Assembly: GCA_963721685.1 (NCBI GenBank)
Contig: CAVRJJ010000001.1
Span: 4,555 to 68,554, forward strand
Direction of reading: 5' to 3'
From: an uncultured bacterium
GTDB lineage: Bacteria; Patescibacteriota; Saccharimonadia; UBA4664; SCTI01
Length of the DNA stretch: 64,000 nt
A program made the position numbers and the translations under genes. Under the pieces are notes generated by a model that saw only the letters and a list, made by a program, of their open reading frames with translations, searched no databases and had not been told where the DNA came from. Of this stretch, positions 1 through 9,563 are shown one piece after another; within the stretch, counting starts at the first letter, position 1, and each line of letters starts with the position of its first letter.

Positions 1-62
1 ATTAATAACTTACACCGGAGTAGGCTGAAACAGACTTAGCTTTGTGGAGCTAAAAGATTTCG

Positions 63-779
63 TTAAAACCCGTATCGGTTTTCTGAGAATTTATAAATAT
101 CCTGGACGATATTTTTTACTTCCCACTCTGCTATTTCGTCGGAAGTATTAGGTCTATATGTGCCAGGTGGTTTGTAATAAATATTTTCACACATTAGACC
201 GCCTATAATTACGATAGGATGGGTATAGATTATTTCCCTTATCGCGGCAGCGCCAAAGCGGTTAATATTAAACTGGCACATTCCTACTACCTGATGGTCA
301 CGAAACAGCTCTTCATTCAAACGACTTTCGTAGTCCAATAAGTGTTCTGTTTCAGTGTGGCTAGAGTTTAGCTGCCAAGTCATCTCAGCACATCCTCGAA
401 CAGCCCGAAAACCATTTGACGTAGCTTGGCGTGAAGCTTCTTGGAATAACTTGATTGCAGCATTCGGTTTGAAGGTGCCACTTTCTAAATAAGATCCGTC
501 CTTTGTGCCTAATACTAACTGCTCGCTTTGCAGGCTATATTCAATATCCACACCTGAGCGTTCTAAAGCCTGTAGGACATCCTCCGGTGGATTGTCATCG
601 GTAATATAGATACATTGATCGTGGTCTCGCAACCCCGCCTCTATGAAAGCAACTGCACTAGCCAAACCTTCATGGCTGTCACGGTAAAGCAAGCAGACAT
701 GGTCATGCACACCTACATCCTTTATTGTCTGAAGGAAGCGCTGATTTGGTCTAGGAATTTTTTTTAGCATGTCTTGCAT
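63..779 (-). CDS. MEDS (DcmR-like sensory) domain protein
   Basis: HDHVCLLY...FIEAGL...CIYI, VRGCAEMTW, YESRLN, CQF and THP motifs typical of MEDS domains. Confidence 0.8.
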   Translation of the reverse strand: MQDMLKKIPRPNQRFLQTIKDVGVHDHVCLLYRDSHEGLASAVAFIEAGLRDHDQCIYITDDNPPEDVLQALERSGVDIEYSLQSEQLVLGTKDGSYLESGTFKPNAAIKLFQEASRQATSNGFRAVRGCAEMTWQLNSSHTETEHLLDYESRLNEELFRDHQVVGMCQFNINRFGAAAIREIIYTHPIVIIGGLMCENIYYKPPGTYRPNTSDEIAEWEVKNIVQDIYKFSENRYGF

Positions 780-1006
780 AAGTTTATTCTAGCCAATTCC
801 GGCAGGCTTAATATTGCTGGATTAGACAAAAAGATAAATTTCAGGCACAAAATTTTTAGCCATTACTACAGTACATTTTTACGTGGCTTAAGCCAGACGT
901 TCTTTATGCCACGCCTACCGAGCCGGCTCCGCTAACATAATTTGTTCGGATAACGACCCATAGCCCCAGCCATTGCGCGTATGCTTATGATTGATATAGT
1001 GTCAGT

Positions 1007-1234
1007 ATGAAAAAGTCGTTTACAATCACAATCTCTGCATTGCTCATATGTATCTTAAGTGCGGTAATTGCATCTAGTGATCGTATCGTCGGAACTGGAT
1101 GGGACTCGCTTGGCAGGGCAGTCTGGATAACGCTCCTTGTTACAATTCCTTCCTTTGCAATATTCTGTGCTTTTGGGATTTTGTCATTAATTACTTATTT
1201 TAAAGCCCGTAAGCGTTCAAAAATCCAACCATAG
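1007..1234 (+). CDS. small membrane protein
   Basis: 75 aa, two hydrophobic helices, basic tail; TATAGT 6 nt upstream of ATG. Confidence 0.6.
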   Translation: MKKSFTITISALLICILSAVIASSDRIVGTGWDSLGRAVWITLLVTIPSFAIFCAFGILSLITYFKARKRSKIQP

Positions 1235-1288
1235 CCCTAACCATACAGGCTTATTTAAAAGATATTTGTTGATTTACAATAAATTAAT

Positions 1289-1303
1289 ATCGTATAATAC
1301 GAT
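1289..1303. promoter_or_regulatory. palindromic operator candidate upstream of the DUF4173-DUF2975-HTH operon
   Basis: Perfect inverted repeat ATCGTAT-A-ATACGAT containing TATAAT; the operon encodes its own Cro/C1 regulator. Confidence 0.5.
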
Positions 1304-1322
1304 TATTAACGAGAAATAAACA

Positions 1323-2825
1323 ATGGGGCACGTACATATCAAGTCTCAACTCGCTCAAGCCGCCGCAATAGTTGGCGTGTCGCTCACTCTTGGTCTATTG
1401 TTCGACTTGTTCTTCTTCGAACATCTACCCGGCCTATCCTTTCCCGTGTACGTTGCTGTCGTTGCGGGCGGAATAATGGGCCTCGCCCATTATTTGCAGC
1501 AAAAACCAAGCAAAGCCGTGTGGTGGCTGATGCTTCCACTTATTGGTTTTGCCGCCATGGTAGCCGTTCGCTCGAGCGAGATGCTGACACTTATGAATAT
1601 TGGCGCGTGCTTGTTGCTTCTATTGTTAATTGCCAAAGTGGCCTTCCGCCGCCGTCTCACTGATTTGCGCGTTAAGGACTATAGCAGTATCCCGCTTACC
1701 CCATTGCAGTTTTTGAAGCCGGCGAGGCATACTATTGGGCAGATTGTAGCAACGCATAAGGCTCTGAAAATTCAGCCCAAGACGGCTCAGATCGTAAAGG
1801 GTATCGCAATTACTGTTCCGGTTCTTGTCGTGTTTTTGCTTTTATTCGCGTCGGCCGACCTTATCATCCAAAAGCACCTCAATGATTTGGTAAGCATTCA
1901 AATTGACCCCGAGATAACCGCAAGGCTTATTTTGATTTTGCTGGCTACGCTTGGCTTTATAGGTGGATACTCATATTTGTTCAGTGTCACTAAACCAGAA
2001 GAAAATCCATTAGAAGCTCCGTTAAAGCCGCTTATTGGCAAGGTTGAAAGCACCATACTTCTCGTTTCAGTAAATACGCTATTTTTCGCGTTTATTCTCG
2101 TACAGCTCGCGTACCTGTTTGGGGGAACGGGGAATATCTCCGCGCAAGGTTTCACTTACGCCGAATATGCGCGCAAAGGTTTTTTTGAACTTTTAGCTGT
2201 CGTGGTTATGGCGTTTGGTTTACTATGGTCAGCCGAGAAGTACATTGAAAGGGGCAAACGCGGCCACTCAATGTTGTTTAAAGTGCTAAGTATCGGCTTA
2301 GTACTGCAGGTTATGCTAATTATGGGGTCGGCTTTCAGGCGGCTGTATTTATATGAGCAAGCGTATGGTTTTACAGCACCGCGTCTTTACAGCCACGCCT
2401 TTACAATTCTCCTTGCAGTCATATTTCTCATTCTGGCATACAAGATAATTCGGTCGGCTTCCGACCGAGCCTTCGCCTTTCCAGCGTTGCTGGCAGTTAT
2501 CGCGTTCCTAGCGGTCATGAACACCATAAATCCCGATGCCTTTATAGCGCGGCAAAACCTTGAGCGCTATCAGCATACAGGCAAAATCGACGCTCAATAC
2601 TTAGGTCGGCTATCTGATGACGCGGTGCCGGTGCTGGTTGAGCAGTATTTATCACTTCGTCCCGATGACACCAAGGCCCTAGGCGAGCAGTTGAACCGTC
2701 GCCGGTTTAATCGTCAGTCCGAGGCCGATGTCAGCTGGCAGTCATGGAATTTGTCCCGGTCTTCGGCCGACGACGCTCTTATAGGCGAGGCTTCTCGACT
2801 TCAAGAGTATCCCATAAAACAATAA
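1323..2825 (+). CDS. DUF4173/DUF4153 family polytopic membrane protein
   Basis: LFASAD, QLAYLFGG, TYAEYARKGFFEL, RLYLYEQAYGFT, NPDAFIA and YLGRLSDDAVP motifs. Confidence 0.8.
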   Translation: MGHVHIKSQLAQAAAIVGVSLTLGLLFDLFFFEHLPGLSFPVYVAVVAGGIMGLAHYLQQKPSKAVWWLMLPLIGFAAMVAVRSSEMLTLMNIGACLLLLLLIAKVAFRRRLTDLRVKDYSSIPLTPLQFLKPARHTIGQIVATHKALKIQPKTAQIVKGIAITVPVLVVFLLLFASADLIIQKHLNDLVSIQIDPEITARLILILLATLGFIGGYSYLFSVTKPEENPLEAPLKPLIGKVESTILLVSVNTLFFAFILVQLAYLFGGTGNISAQGFTYAEYARKGFFELLAVVVMAFGLLWSAEKYIERGKRGHSMLFKVLSIGLVLQVMLIMGSAFRRLYLYEQAYGFTAPRLYSHAFTILLAVIFLILAYKIIRSASDRAFAFPALLAVIAFLAVMNTINPDAFIARQNLERYQHTGKIDAQYLGRLSDDAVPVLVEQYLSLRPDDTKALGEQLNRRRFNRQSEADVSWQSWNLSRSSADDALIGEASRLQEYPIKQ

Positions 2826-2893
2826 TAATCTATTGCAAAACAATATAACGTATGTTAAATTTCAAGCAATAATAAGTAAGCAAGGTTAATTCG

Positions 2894-3358
2894 ATGAATA
2901 GAGGGTCAACCATCTTCTTAAAGGGTGCTGTTATTCTGATTGGGCTTGTAGTGCTGGGTTTGTGCGTTATCGCGTTGCCCGCGGGAATACGCTCCGATAA
3001 CACGGGTTATTATGCCCCTATCTTGTGGGGTATGTACGTACCGGCAATACCGTTTTTCTTTGCCCTCCACCAAGCGTTTAAGCTGCTAAGCTTTATCGAT
3101 AAAAACAATGCTTTTTCTCAAATTTCGGTAGATGCTTTGAAAAATATAAAATTCTGCGCGCTTACCATCAGCGCGTTGTTTGCGGCGGGAATGCCATACA
3201 TATTTTACGCGGCGGATAGAGATGACGCTCCGGGAGTTGCGTTGATAGGGTTTGTGATTATTGGTGCTTCCTTTGTAATCGCGACCTTCGCGGCCGTGCT
3301 GCAAAAGCTGTTGCAAAATGTTATAGACATAAAGTCGGAAAATGATTTAACGGTATGA
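2894..3358 (+). CDS. DUF2975 family membrane protein
   Basis: Four TM helices, C-terminal IKSENDLTV, upstream of a YozG-like HTH gene. Confidence 0.85.
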   Translation: MNRGSTIFLKGAVILIGLVVLGLCVIALPAGIRSDNTGYYAPILWGMYVPAIPFFFALHQAFKLLSFIDKNNAFSQISVDALKNIKFCALTISALFAAGMPYIFYAADRDDAPGVALIGFVIIGASFVIATFAAVLQKLLQNVIDIKSENDLTV

Positions 3359-3368
3359 GGCTAATGTA

Positions 3369-3599
3369 ATGGCAATTATAATTAATATTGATGTAATGTT
3401 GGCCAGGCGCAAAATGAGCGTTACCGAGCTAACAGAAAAAGTTGGCATAACCATGGCCAATCTTTCTATTCTAAAAAACGGCAGGGCGAAAGCTGTTCGA
3501 TTTTCAACCCTTGGAGCAATTTGTGAAGCTTTAGGTTGCCAGCCTGGAGATATTTTAGAGTACCAAAGCGATAGTCAACGTATAGCAGAGAGGAAGTAG
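3369..3599 (+). CDS. Cro/C1-type HTH transcriptional regulator (YozG-like)
   Basis: MAIIINIDVMLARRKMS...ANLSILKNGRAKAVRFSTL..IC..L.CQPGDILEY. Confidence 0.9.
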   Translation: MAIIINIDVMLARRKMSVTELTEKVGITMANLSILKNGRAKAVRFSTLGAICEALGCQPGDILEYQSDSQRIAERK

Positions 3600-3611
3600 C
3601 ATCTGTCTTTT

Positions 3612-4031
3612 TTAGCTGTGTTTTTTCTTCATTTCAATATAAGATTCTTTAATAAATTTTTCTAATACCGTCTTGTTAACATCACTTAGTTTATTGATGT
3701 AAAGACACCCTTTGCTTGTTTTGTGCTTGCCTAAGTCTTGTAATAAATCGGTATATACATCGAATCCAAGCATAATATATAAGGTTAAGTTCTGCTTCCG
3801 CGGGGAAAAAGCGGTAAGGGGCCAGTCGCCCTCTTGTCTGCTTCTTTCGGACTTGTAATGGTATTGACCAAACCCGATAATGCTTGAGCCCCACATTTTG
3901 GGCTTTTCGCCGGTAATGCGAGCAAACATTTCCAATAGCATAAAGCTATCATTCTTCTTGGTTTCACCAACAACCGAGTTAATAAAGTTAGTTACGCTGG
4001 CATTATTGGCCGTGGTTTTAATGGTACTCAT
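3612..4031 (-). CDS. DUF1801 domain protein
   Basis: KMWGSSIIGFG.YHY, FSPRKQNL.LY and LGKHK.SKGCLYI motifs. Confidence 0.85.
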   Translation of the reverse strand: MSTIKTTANNASVTNFINSVVGETKKNDSFMLLEMFARITGEKPKMWGSSIIGFGQYHYKSERSRQEGDWPLTAFSPRKQNLTLYIMLGFDVYTDLLQDLGKHKTSKGCLYINKLSDVNKTVLEKFIKESYIEMKKKHS

Positions 4032-4167
4032 AGCGTTATTGTAACAAACTTATAAGTGCGCCCGCGGATCAAAACAACGTTGCGGAGAACGCCTTGGTAA
4101 TGATATGAATAAGCAGGATTATTGAGGTCCTGTGTTAGCTGGCATGGGCCAAGCGGCGGGTAAAGAA

Positions 4168-4950
4168 TTATCTTGATAACCCAGTGTTAGCGTTGATCTC
4201 AAAATAGTTTGCAAGGTTTGTATTTTCATACTGCTTTAAAGTAGAAATTGTCTCGATTATTTTTTTAGCTTGGGTGTTCCTGGGGTCGGTAATACTGTAA
4301 TTGCTTGCTGCCAAACTGGTTTGAAGTACCAGCAATGTGCCGGGTTTAACTACCCCAAAGTATATGGAGTATGAGTACGCATCGCCATTGGCTGAATTTT
4401 GATTTGTATAAATTATTGCTCCATCTTCAGTTTTAGCAATGGGTACGCACTCAAAATTATTTTGTGTTCCTCGCTCTTTTTCAAAAAACCACTCGAACTC
4501 ACACATATTGCGGGTAGGGTCAAACCGCGTCTTGTACGCCAGGCTGTCTTTAAAACCTCTGAATTTTGTTTGTATAGGGGTAGTATCAAGCGTAACTTCG
4601 TAAGCATCAGACTTATATAAAACGCCCCTCAGCACCGGCTTTCCTTCTGGAGTATTTTTTTCAATGTAGTTTAGTCCGGTGGTGTACACGGGTGGGATAG
4701 TTTTAATAAGCTCCGCGTTCGCCTGGGCATTAAGCTTATTGTTTATCCGAGTTTTCGTTATTTCACTTACGGAAAAAATAATAGCTGCCATTAACATGAA
4801 CGACAGACCAAACCCACCTATTACTTTGAATAAAAGTTTATTTTTCTTGAAGCCAGCAATAAGCAGAAAAACGAAGAGTGCGAAGGGCGCGACTATGAAA
4901 AGGAGTATTCCTAATAAAATTGCTTCTCCGAGTCCGTCGCTACTGTACAT
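4168..4950 (-). CDS. hypothetical membrane-anchored protein
   Basis: 260-aa ORF, two N-terminal TM helices followed by a soluble domain. Confidence 0.6.
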   Translation of the reverse strand: MYSSDGLGEAILLGILLFIVAPFALFVFLLIAGFKKNKLLFKVIGGFGLSFMLMAAIIFSVSEITKTRINNKLNAQANAELIKTIPPVYTTGLNYIEKNTPEGKPVLRGVLYKSDAYEVTLDTTPIQTKFRGFKDSLAYKTRFDPTRNMCEFEWFFEKERGTQNNFECVPIAKTEDGAIIYTNQNSANGDAYSYSIYFGVVKPGTLLVLQTSLAASNYSITDPRNTQAKKIIETISTLKQYENTNLANYFEINANTGLSR

Positions 4951-5043
4951 AGTGAAGCCATTTTGTCACACCTTTGAAATTGAAAGAAGTAGATTATTGC
5001 CTGGCCGATATCGGCCCACTTCTGTTTTTGCTATGATCTAACC

Positions 5044-5151
5044 ATGAAACACATTGGCGTGGCCGGTATAACAGTCCCAGGGTCCCTGCCGTTCATTGAT
5101 ACAACCCGGCTATTGGCAAAGAAAGCTTTCGAAGAGGCGATTAGGCCGTAA
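5044..5151 (+). pseudogene. internally deleted Asp/Glu racemase-family remnant (35 aa)
   Basis: MKHIGVAGITVPGSL (racemase-like N-terminus) joined directly to LPFIDTTRLLAKKAFEEAI (racemase-like C-terminus); TATGAT 6 nt upstream; stop overlaps the next ATG. Confidence 0.55.
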
Positions 5152-5483
5152 TGGGTCAGATTATTCTTTTGCGGATTGCTCACGGTCTGTTCGCCGGCTA
5201 CTTTTTAGCATGCCTTCTCTATCTTTATTTCGCGGCCATCGCGGGGGTATTTGACTACCTATTGGTCGTTGCAGCCATTAGCTTAGCAGCTGAGGGTATT
5301 TTCATCTTCGTCTTCAACAAAGGTGATTGCCCATTAATCCATGTCCAACGTAAAATAGGTGATGATAAACCGTTTTTTGAACTTTTTTTCCCGCCTGCCC
5401 TGGCTAAGCAAGCGCTTCCTCTTTTTGCAAAATTTACTTGGCTCGCGGTGGCCTTATTGCTAGTAAGGTTCGTCTTTCGGTAA
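5151..5483 (+). CDS. small membrane protein (DUF2784-like)
   Basis: Three hydrophobic segments with a GDCPL motif. Confidence 0.55.
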   Translation: MGQIILLRIAHGLFAGYFLACLLYLYFAAIAGVFDYLLVVAAISLAAEGIFIFVFNKGDCPLIHVQRKIGDDKPFFELFFPPALAKQALPLFAKFTWLAVALLLVRFVFR

Positions 5484-5551
5484 TTCTTCGTAGGTTATAT
5501 AAGCCCCTTTAAATTATCGAGAATGGTCGGGCGGTATATTACAATGATCGT

Positions 5552-6085
5552 ATGGTATATGTAGCCTTGCTTCGAGGCATTAATGTTGGGGGAAAAAATA
5601 AAGTTGAGATGAAGCGGCTCAAGCAAACCTTTGAGCGGCTGGGGTTGCGTGACGTTGCAACCTACATTAACTCCGGTAATGTGATATTCAGCGACGATCT
5701 TCGTAAGCCACAGGATCTTTCTGGCACTATTGAGAAGGCGATCGAAAAGGATTTTGGTTTTGCGGTAGAGGTGCTTATACGAAGCAAAGATGATCTCAGC
5801 GCCATTGCTGATACCCTGCCAGATACGTGGGTAAATGATCAAACCATGAAATGCGATGTTATGTTCCTGTGGGAGGAAGTGGCTAGCCCCAAAGTGCTCA
5901 ATGGTCTAAGTATTAAGCCGGAAATTGAGGATGTTAAATACACATCGGGAGCCATCATTTGGCGTGTAGATAAGAAAAACGTTACCAAAAGCGGCATGAT
6001 GAAACTTGTTGGCACGCAACTATATAAAAAAATGACCATTCGAAACTGTAATACAGTCCGCAAGCTTTTAAGTCTTATGAATTAA
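5552..6085 (+). CDS. DUF1697 domain protein
   Basis: YVALLRGINVGG, TYINSGNV and TIRN.NTV motifs. Confidence 0.9.
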   Translation: MVYVALLRGINVGGKNKVEMKRLKQTFERLGLRDVATYINSGNVIFSDDLRKPQDLSGTIEKAIEKDFGFAVEVLIRSKDDLSAIADTLPDTWVNDQTMKCDVMFLWEEVASPKVLNGLSIKPEIEDVKYTSGAIIWRVDKKNVTKSGMMKLVGTQLYKKMTIRNCNTVRKLLSLMN

Positions 6086-6151
6086 TTAAAAATGCATAAA
6101 TTTTGCTTTTTGGGGTTCACAGACATAAGCATTTTATGTAGTATCGAATGT

Positions 6152-6415
6152 ATGCGAAGTGGGGGACAGTCACTATTAGACCGAGTTGGACTCATGGCGG
6201 CGGTTGCTATGCCGGTGATGACGCTGCCACAGTTTATCAATGTACTACAGGGACACACGCAAGGGTTGTCGTTACTGACTTGGTCTCTTTATACTGTGGT
6301 GTCATTTGTATTCGCGTTAATCGGATTTAAGTACCGCGAAAAAATCCTTATAGTCGCATACGTTCCAATGTTTATTATTGAGGTTGGCATTACCGGCGGA
6401 TTGATTCTTGCATAA
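6152..6415 (+). CDS. PQ-loop / SemiSWEET-like transporter
   Basis: TLPQF..V....TQGLSLLTW pattern, three TMs; start moved to ATG 6152 (TAGTAT 7 nt upstream). Confidence 0.65.
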   Translation: MRSGGQSLLDRVGLMAAVAMPVMTLPQFINVLQGHTQGLSLLTWSLYTVVSFVFALIGFKYREKILIVAYVPMFIIEVGITGGLILA

Positions 6416-6456
6416 CCTCCAAGTTTGATATGATCTACGCATGAATAGGCGGTTTA

Positions 6457-7899
6457 ATGAGAAGAATAACTAAATACGAATTGGCAGCCTTTATTACCGG
6501 GTTTTCCTTGCTTGCCTATGAACTGGCGGCCGCGCGGATTTTGGCGCCCAGTATTGGCAGTTCAACCTATGTTTGGACGAGTGTTATTGGTGTTATAATC
6601 GCGGCCCTTTCGCTAGGTTACGCGGTTGGTGGAATGCTTGCCGATAAACGGGTTAAACAGTCTGACATTTCTTGGCTTTTATTACTGGCAGCCGGTACCG
6701 TTATTACAACCTACGCGCTTTCCGACACCGTCCTTTCGTGGGTTACGAACGGCATCAAGGACCCACGCCTCCAGGGGTTGCTGGTGGCAACACTCTTGTT
6801 TACGCCAACCAGCTTTATTCTGGGAATTATCAGCCCTTATCTGGCCAGATTGCGAACGGTGTCGCTTGAAACCACGGGAACTTCTGTTGCCTTCTTAAGC
6901 GCCGCCAATGCCATAGGCGGCATTATTGGCACATTTAGTGTCGGGTTCATCTTTTTTGGCTATATTGGGTCGAAAGAAACCTTTATGATCACCGCGCTTT
7001 TCCTGGTGCTTTCAAGTCTCTTTTTTGCGCCTTATCGACAAATAATAAAGCGCGGGGGGATAGGGCTGTTCATCGTGTTATTCATTTTTCTTTGGTTCCC
7101 CCAGAGCAGCGCCGAGGCGGAGGTAGCTGATATCGATACCGCTTCTGCACGGTATAAGATTTATGATGTGGCGTATGATAACGCCCCTACCCGGCTCTTA
7201 GTTTCGGGACCCAACGCCGCCCAGTCGGGTGTCCGCCTCGATGGCTCTAACGAGTTGGTATTTTTCTACACCCGTCAAATGGCGGCCCTAGTGGATACGG
7301 CCCCTAAAAAGGACCGTATCCTTATTCTGGGGGGAGGCGCGTTCACCATGCCCCGTTACTTTGCTGAAAAATATCCGGATTCACAGATTGATGTGGCTGA
7401 AATAGACCCGAAGCTTCCAGGCATAGCCAAGCAGTACTTCAACTATTCAAACCCCGGTAATGTCCATATATACGGGGAAGACGCGCGGGCTTACCTTAAT
7501 ACCAATAAAATAAAATACGACATTATCTTGGTAGATGTTTACAGTGACAGTTCAATCCCCTTTTCTGTCGCCACTCAAGAATACACGGAAAGGCTAAAGC
7601 AGAGCCTTCAGCCGCAAGGGCTGGTTATTTCCAATGTGATTGGTTCCGATACTCAAGCGTGCCGTCCGCAGCTAAGGGCTATCCACGCCTCTTACGCGCA
7701 TAGCTTCTTGAGCTACCGGCTTTATCCTGACCACGACCTGTCGCTTCAGACCAAGCAGAATCTTATTTTTGCCTATTCTAACCAAGCTTTAAGTGATAGG
7801 AGCGGATTAGTATACGACCTCAGCGGAGGGATGGATTTAACTGATAATTTCGCCCCCCTTGAGCGGTTAAAGTTAGAGTGCCAAAAAAGCGAAATATAA
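6457..7899 (+). CDS. fused MFS-like membrane / spermidine synthase-like SAM-binding protein
   Basis: N-terminal TMs (EL.AARILAP..GSS), then ILILGGGAF, AEIDP, EDARAYL and YDIILVDVY. Confidence 0.85.
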   Translation: MRRITKYELAAFITGFSLLAYELAAARILAPSIGSSTYVWTSVIGVIIAALSLGYAVGGMLADKRVKQSDISWLLLLAAGTVITTYALSDTVLSWVTNGIKDPRLQGLLVATLLFTPTSFILGIISPYLARLRTVSLETTGTSVAFLSAANAIGGIIGTFSVGFIFFGYIGSKETFMITALFLVLSSLFFAPYRQIIKRGGIGLFIVLFIFLWFPQSSAEAEVADIDTASARYKIYDVAYDNAPTRLLVSGPNAAQSGVRLDGSNELVFFYTRQMAALVDTAPKKDRILILGGGAFTMPRYFAEKYPDSQIDVAEIDPKLPGIAKQYFNYSNPGNVHIYGEDARAYLNTNKIKYDIILVDVYSDSSIPFSVATQEYTERLKQSLQPQGLVISNVIGSDTQACRPQLRAIHASYAHSFLSYRLYPDHDLSLQTKQNLIFAYSNQALSDRSGLVYDLSGGMDLTDNFAPLERLKLECQKSEI

Positions 7900-7935
7900 T
7901 TTTGGCTGAATCTTTATGGGTGGTATAGTTTAAGC

Positions 7936-8511
7936 ATGAGCGAAAAGAAGTTAATTCATCAACCCGGCAAAATGTTATTTGTTGCTTCTTTTATCGTCCT
8001 AACGGCACTCGTTCTCTTTAACACAGTTCTGGCGTTGGAATTATTGAAGCTAAGCCGCAATGATAACCAAATGCCTAATATTATAGTAAAAGCGATTGAA
8101 AACCTTAACCAACCTATCGTGATTGAGCCGCTTTCCGGAAGAGCCTATATTCCTTCCGCTAAACTTGTGCTCCCTCCAAACAATGATTTGGCTGAAGTTG
8201 TATACCGACATTCACCGGGAGAGACTGGGTTTACCGAAGGAGTAACATTATCAACTGTTAGTGATATTGGCCAAGCCAGCGCGGCGGTATTAGGAAGCCC
8301 GGACCACAACGCGGTGTTTGCTGGAATTCCTAAGCTGCAAGCCTGCGCCCGTGCAGTTCATGTGAAGTTTGGGACAGAAAGTCTTGATACGACGATAAAG
8401 CCGGCTGGTACCAAAACGCTGAGCAATAAAAAGGTGGTCCATTTTTATACGGAACCGCTATGTCCTAACCCAGAATTATTAGAGTACGCCAAGCAAATTA
8501 ATAGCTATTAA
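7936..8511 (+). CDS. hypothetical protein with N-terminal TM
   Basis: 191-aa ORF; TATAGT 6 nt upstream of ATG. Confidence 0.6.
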   Translation: MSEKKLIHQPGKMLFVASFIVLTALVLFNTVLALELLKLSRNDNQMPNIIVKAIENLNQPIVIEPLSGRAYIPSAKLVLPPNNDLAEVVYRHSPGETGFTEGVTLSTVSDIGQASAAVLGSPDHNAVFAGIPKLQACARAVHVKFGTESLDTTIKPAGTKTLSNKKVVHFYTEPLCPNPELLEYAKQINSY

Positions 8512-8532
8512 GTCTGTTTCTGTTGTGATCGC

Positions 8533-8562
8533 TTGACCCCCTTCATCGCTGGAGGTTAAGAT
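8533..8562 (+). promoter_or_regulatory. sigma70 promoter with dyad in spacer (MerR-like arrangement)
   Basis: TTGACC-18 nt-TAAGAT; spacer contains CCTTCA-TCGC-TGGAGG imperfect inverted repeat. Confidence 0.45.
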
Positions 8563-8570
8563 AAAACAAT

Positions 8571-9563
8571 ATGAAAAAGACTTTACCAAGCCAACAAGCC
8601 ATCGTTGTAAAAAATCTGCGTATGTCTTATGGCAAGCTTAAGGTGCTTGATGGGATTAATTTCACCGTAGAGCACGGTAAAATCCTCGCGTTATTGGGCC
8701 CAAATGGTGCCGGTAAAACTACTACCATTCGGATTCTGAGCACTCTGCTTCTTCCCGATGGCGGCGAAGCTAGCATTAATGGTTATGACGTTACAAAGCA
8801 TTCCGGTGACGTCCGCGCCAATATCGGCCTAACCGGCCAGTTCGCGGCCGTAGATGAATACCTTACCGGCGAAGAAAATATGCACATGATGGGGCGTTTG
8901 TACCGTTTAAGCATGAGTGACACAAAACGCCGTACCAACGATTTGATGAAGCAGTTTGATTTGGTTGAGGCGTCAAAACGTCCGGTTAAAACCTATTCCG
9001 GGGGTATGAAGCGCCGGATTGACTTAGCCATGAGCTTGATCGCAAATCCGCCAATTATCTTTCTGGACGAGCCAACCACCGGCCTGGACCCCCGCAGCCG
9101 TTTAACCATGTGGGACATTATTAAGCGACTAGCTAAAGACGGTACAACCATCCTCTTAACCACCCAGTACATGGATGAAGCCGACCATCTGGCCGATAGT
9201 ATTGTCGTAATCGATGAAGGCAAGGTTATTGCTAAAGGCACGGCAGACACCCTTAAGGCTCAGGTGGGGGCCGACCGTTTGGAGATTGTTATTGGTAAGA
9301 AAAGTAGCTTTGAAAAAGCCGTCGCGATTATTGGTAAAAAAGATGGCAAGTCACTTCAATCTGATGCCGAAAGGCGTGTGGTGAGCATTGCCAGCGGCGG
9401 CGGCGTTAAAAAGCTGAAAGAAGTTTTGCAGATGCTTGAAGATGCCCGCATCGAGGTGGAAAGCGTTTCGCTGCATCGCCCAACGCTGGATGATGTCTTC
9501 CTAACCTTAACGGGCCACGCGGCGATTCAAGAGCCGGCCGATAAAGCGAAAGGTAAGAAATAA
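8571..9563 (+). CDS. ABC exporter ATP-binding protein (DrrA family)
   Basis: [32 protein letters not shown] and PTLDDVFL motifs. Confidence 0.92.
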   Translation: MKKTLPSQQAIVVKNLRMSYGKLKVLDGINFTVEHGKILALLGPNGAGKTTTIRILSTLLLPDGGEASINGYDVTKHSGDVRANIGLTGQFAAVDEYLTGEENMHMMGRLYRLSMSDTKRRTNDLMKQFDLVEASKRPVKTYSGGMKRRIDLAMSLIANPPIIFLDEPTTGLDPRSRLTMWDIIKRLAKDGTTILLTTQYMDEADHLADSIVVIDEGKVIAKGTADTLKAQVGADRLEIVIGKKSSFEKAVAIIGKKDGKSLQSDAERRVVSIASGGGVKKLKEVLQMLEDARIEVESVSLHRPTLDDVFLTLTGHAAIQEPADKAKGKK

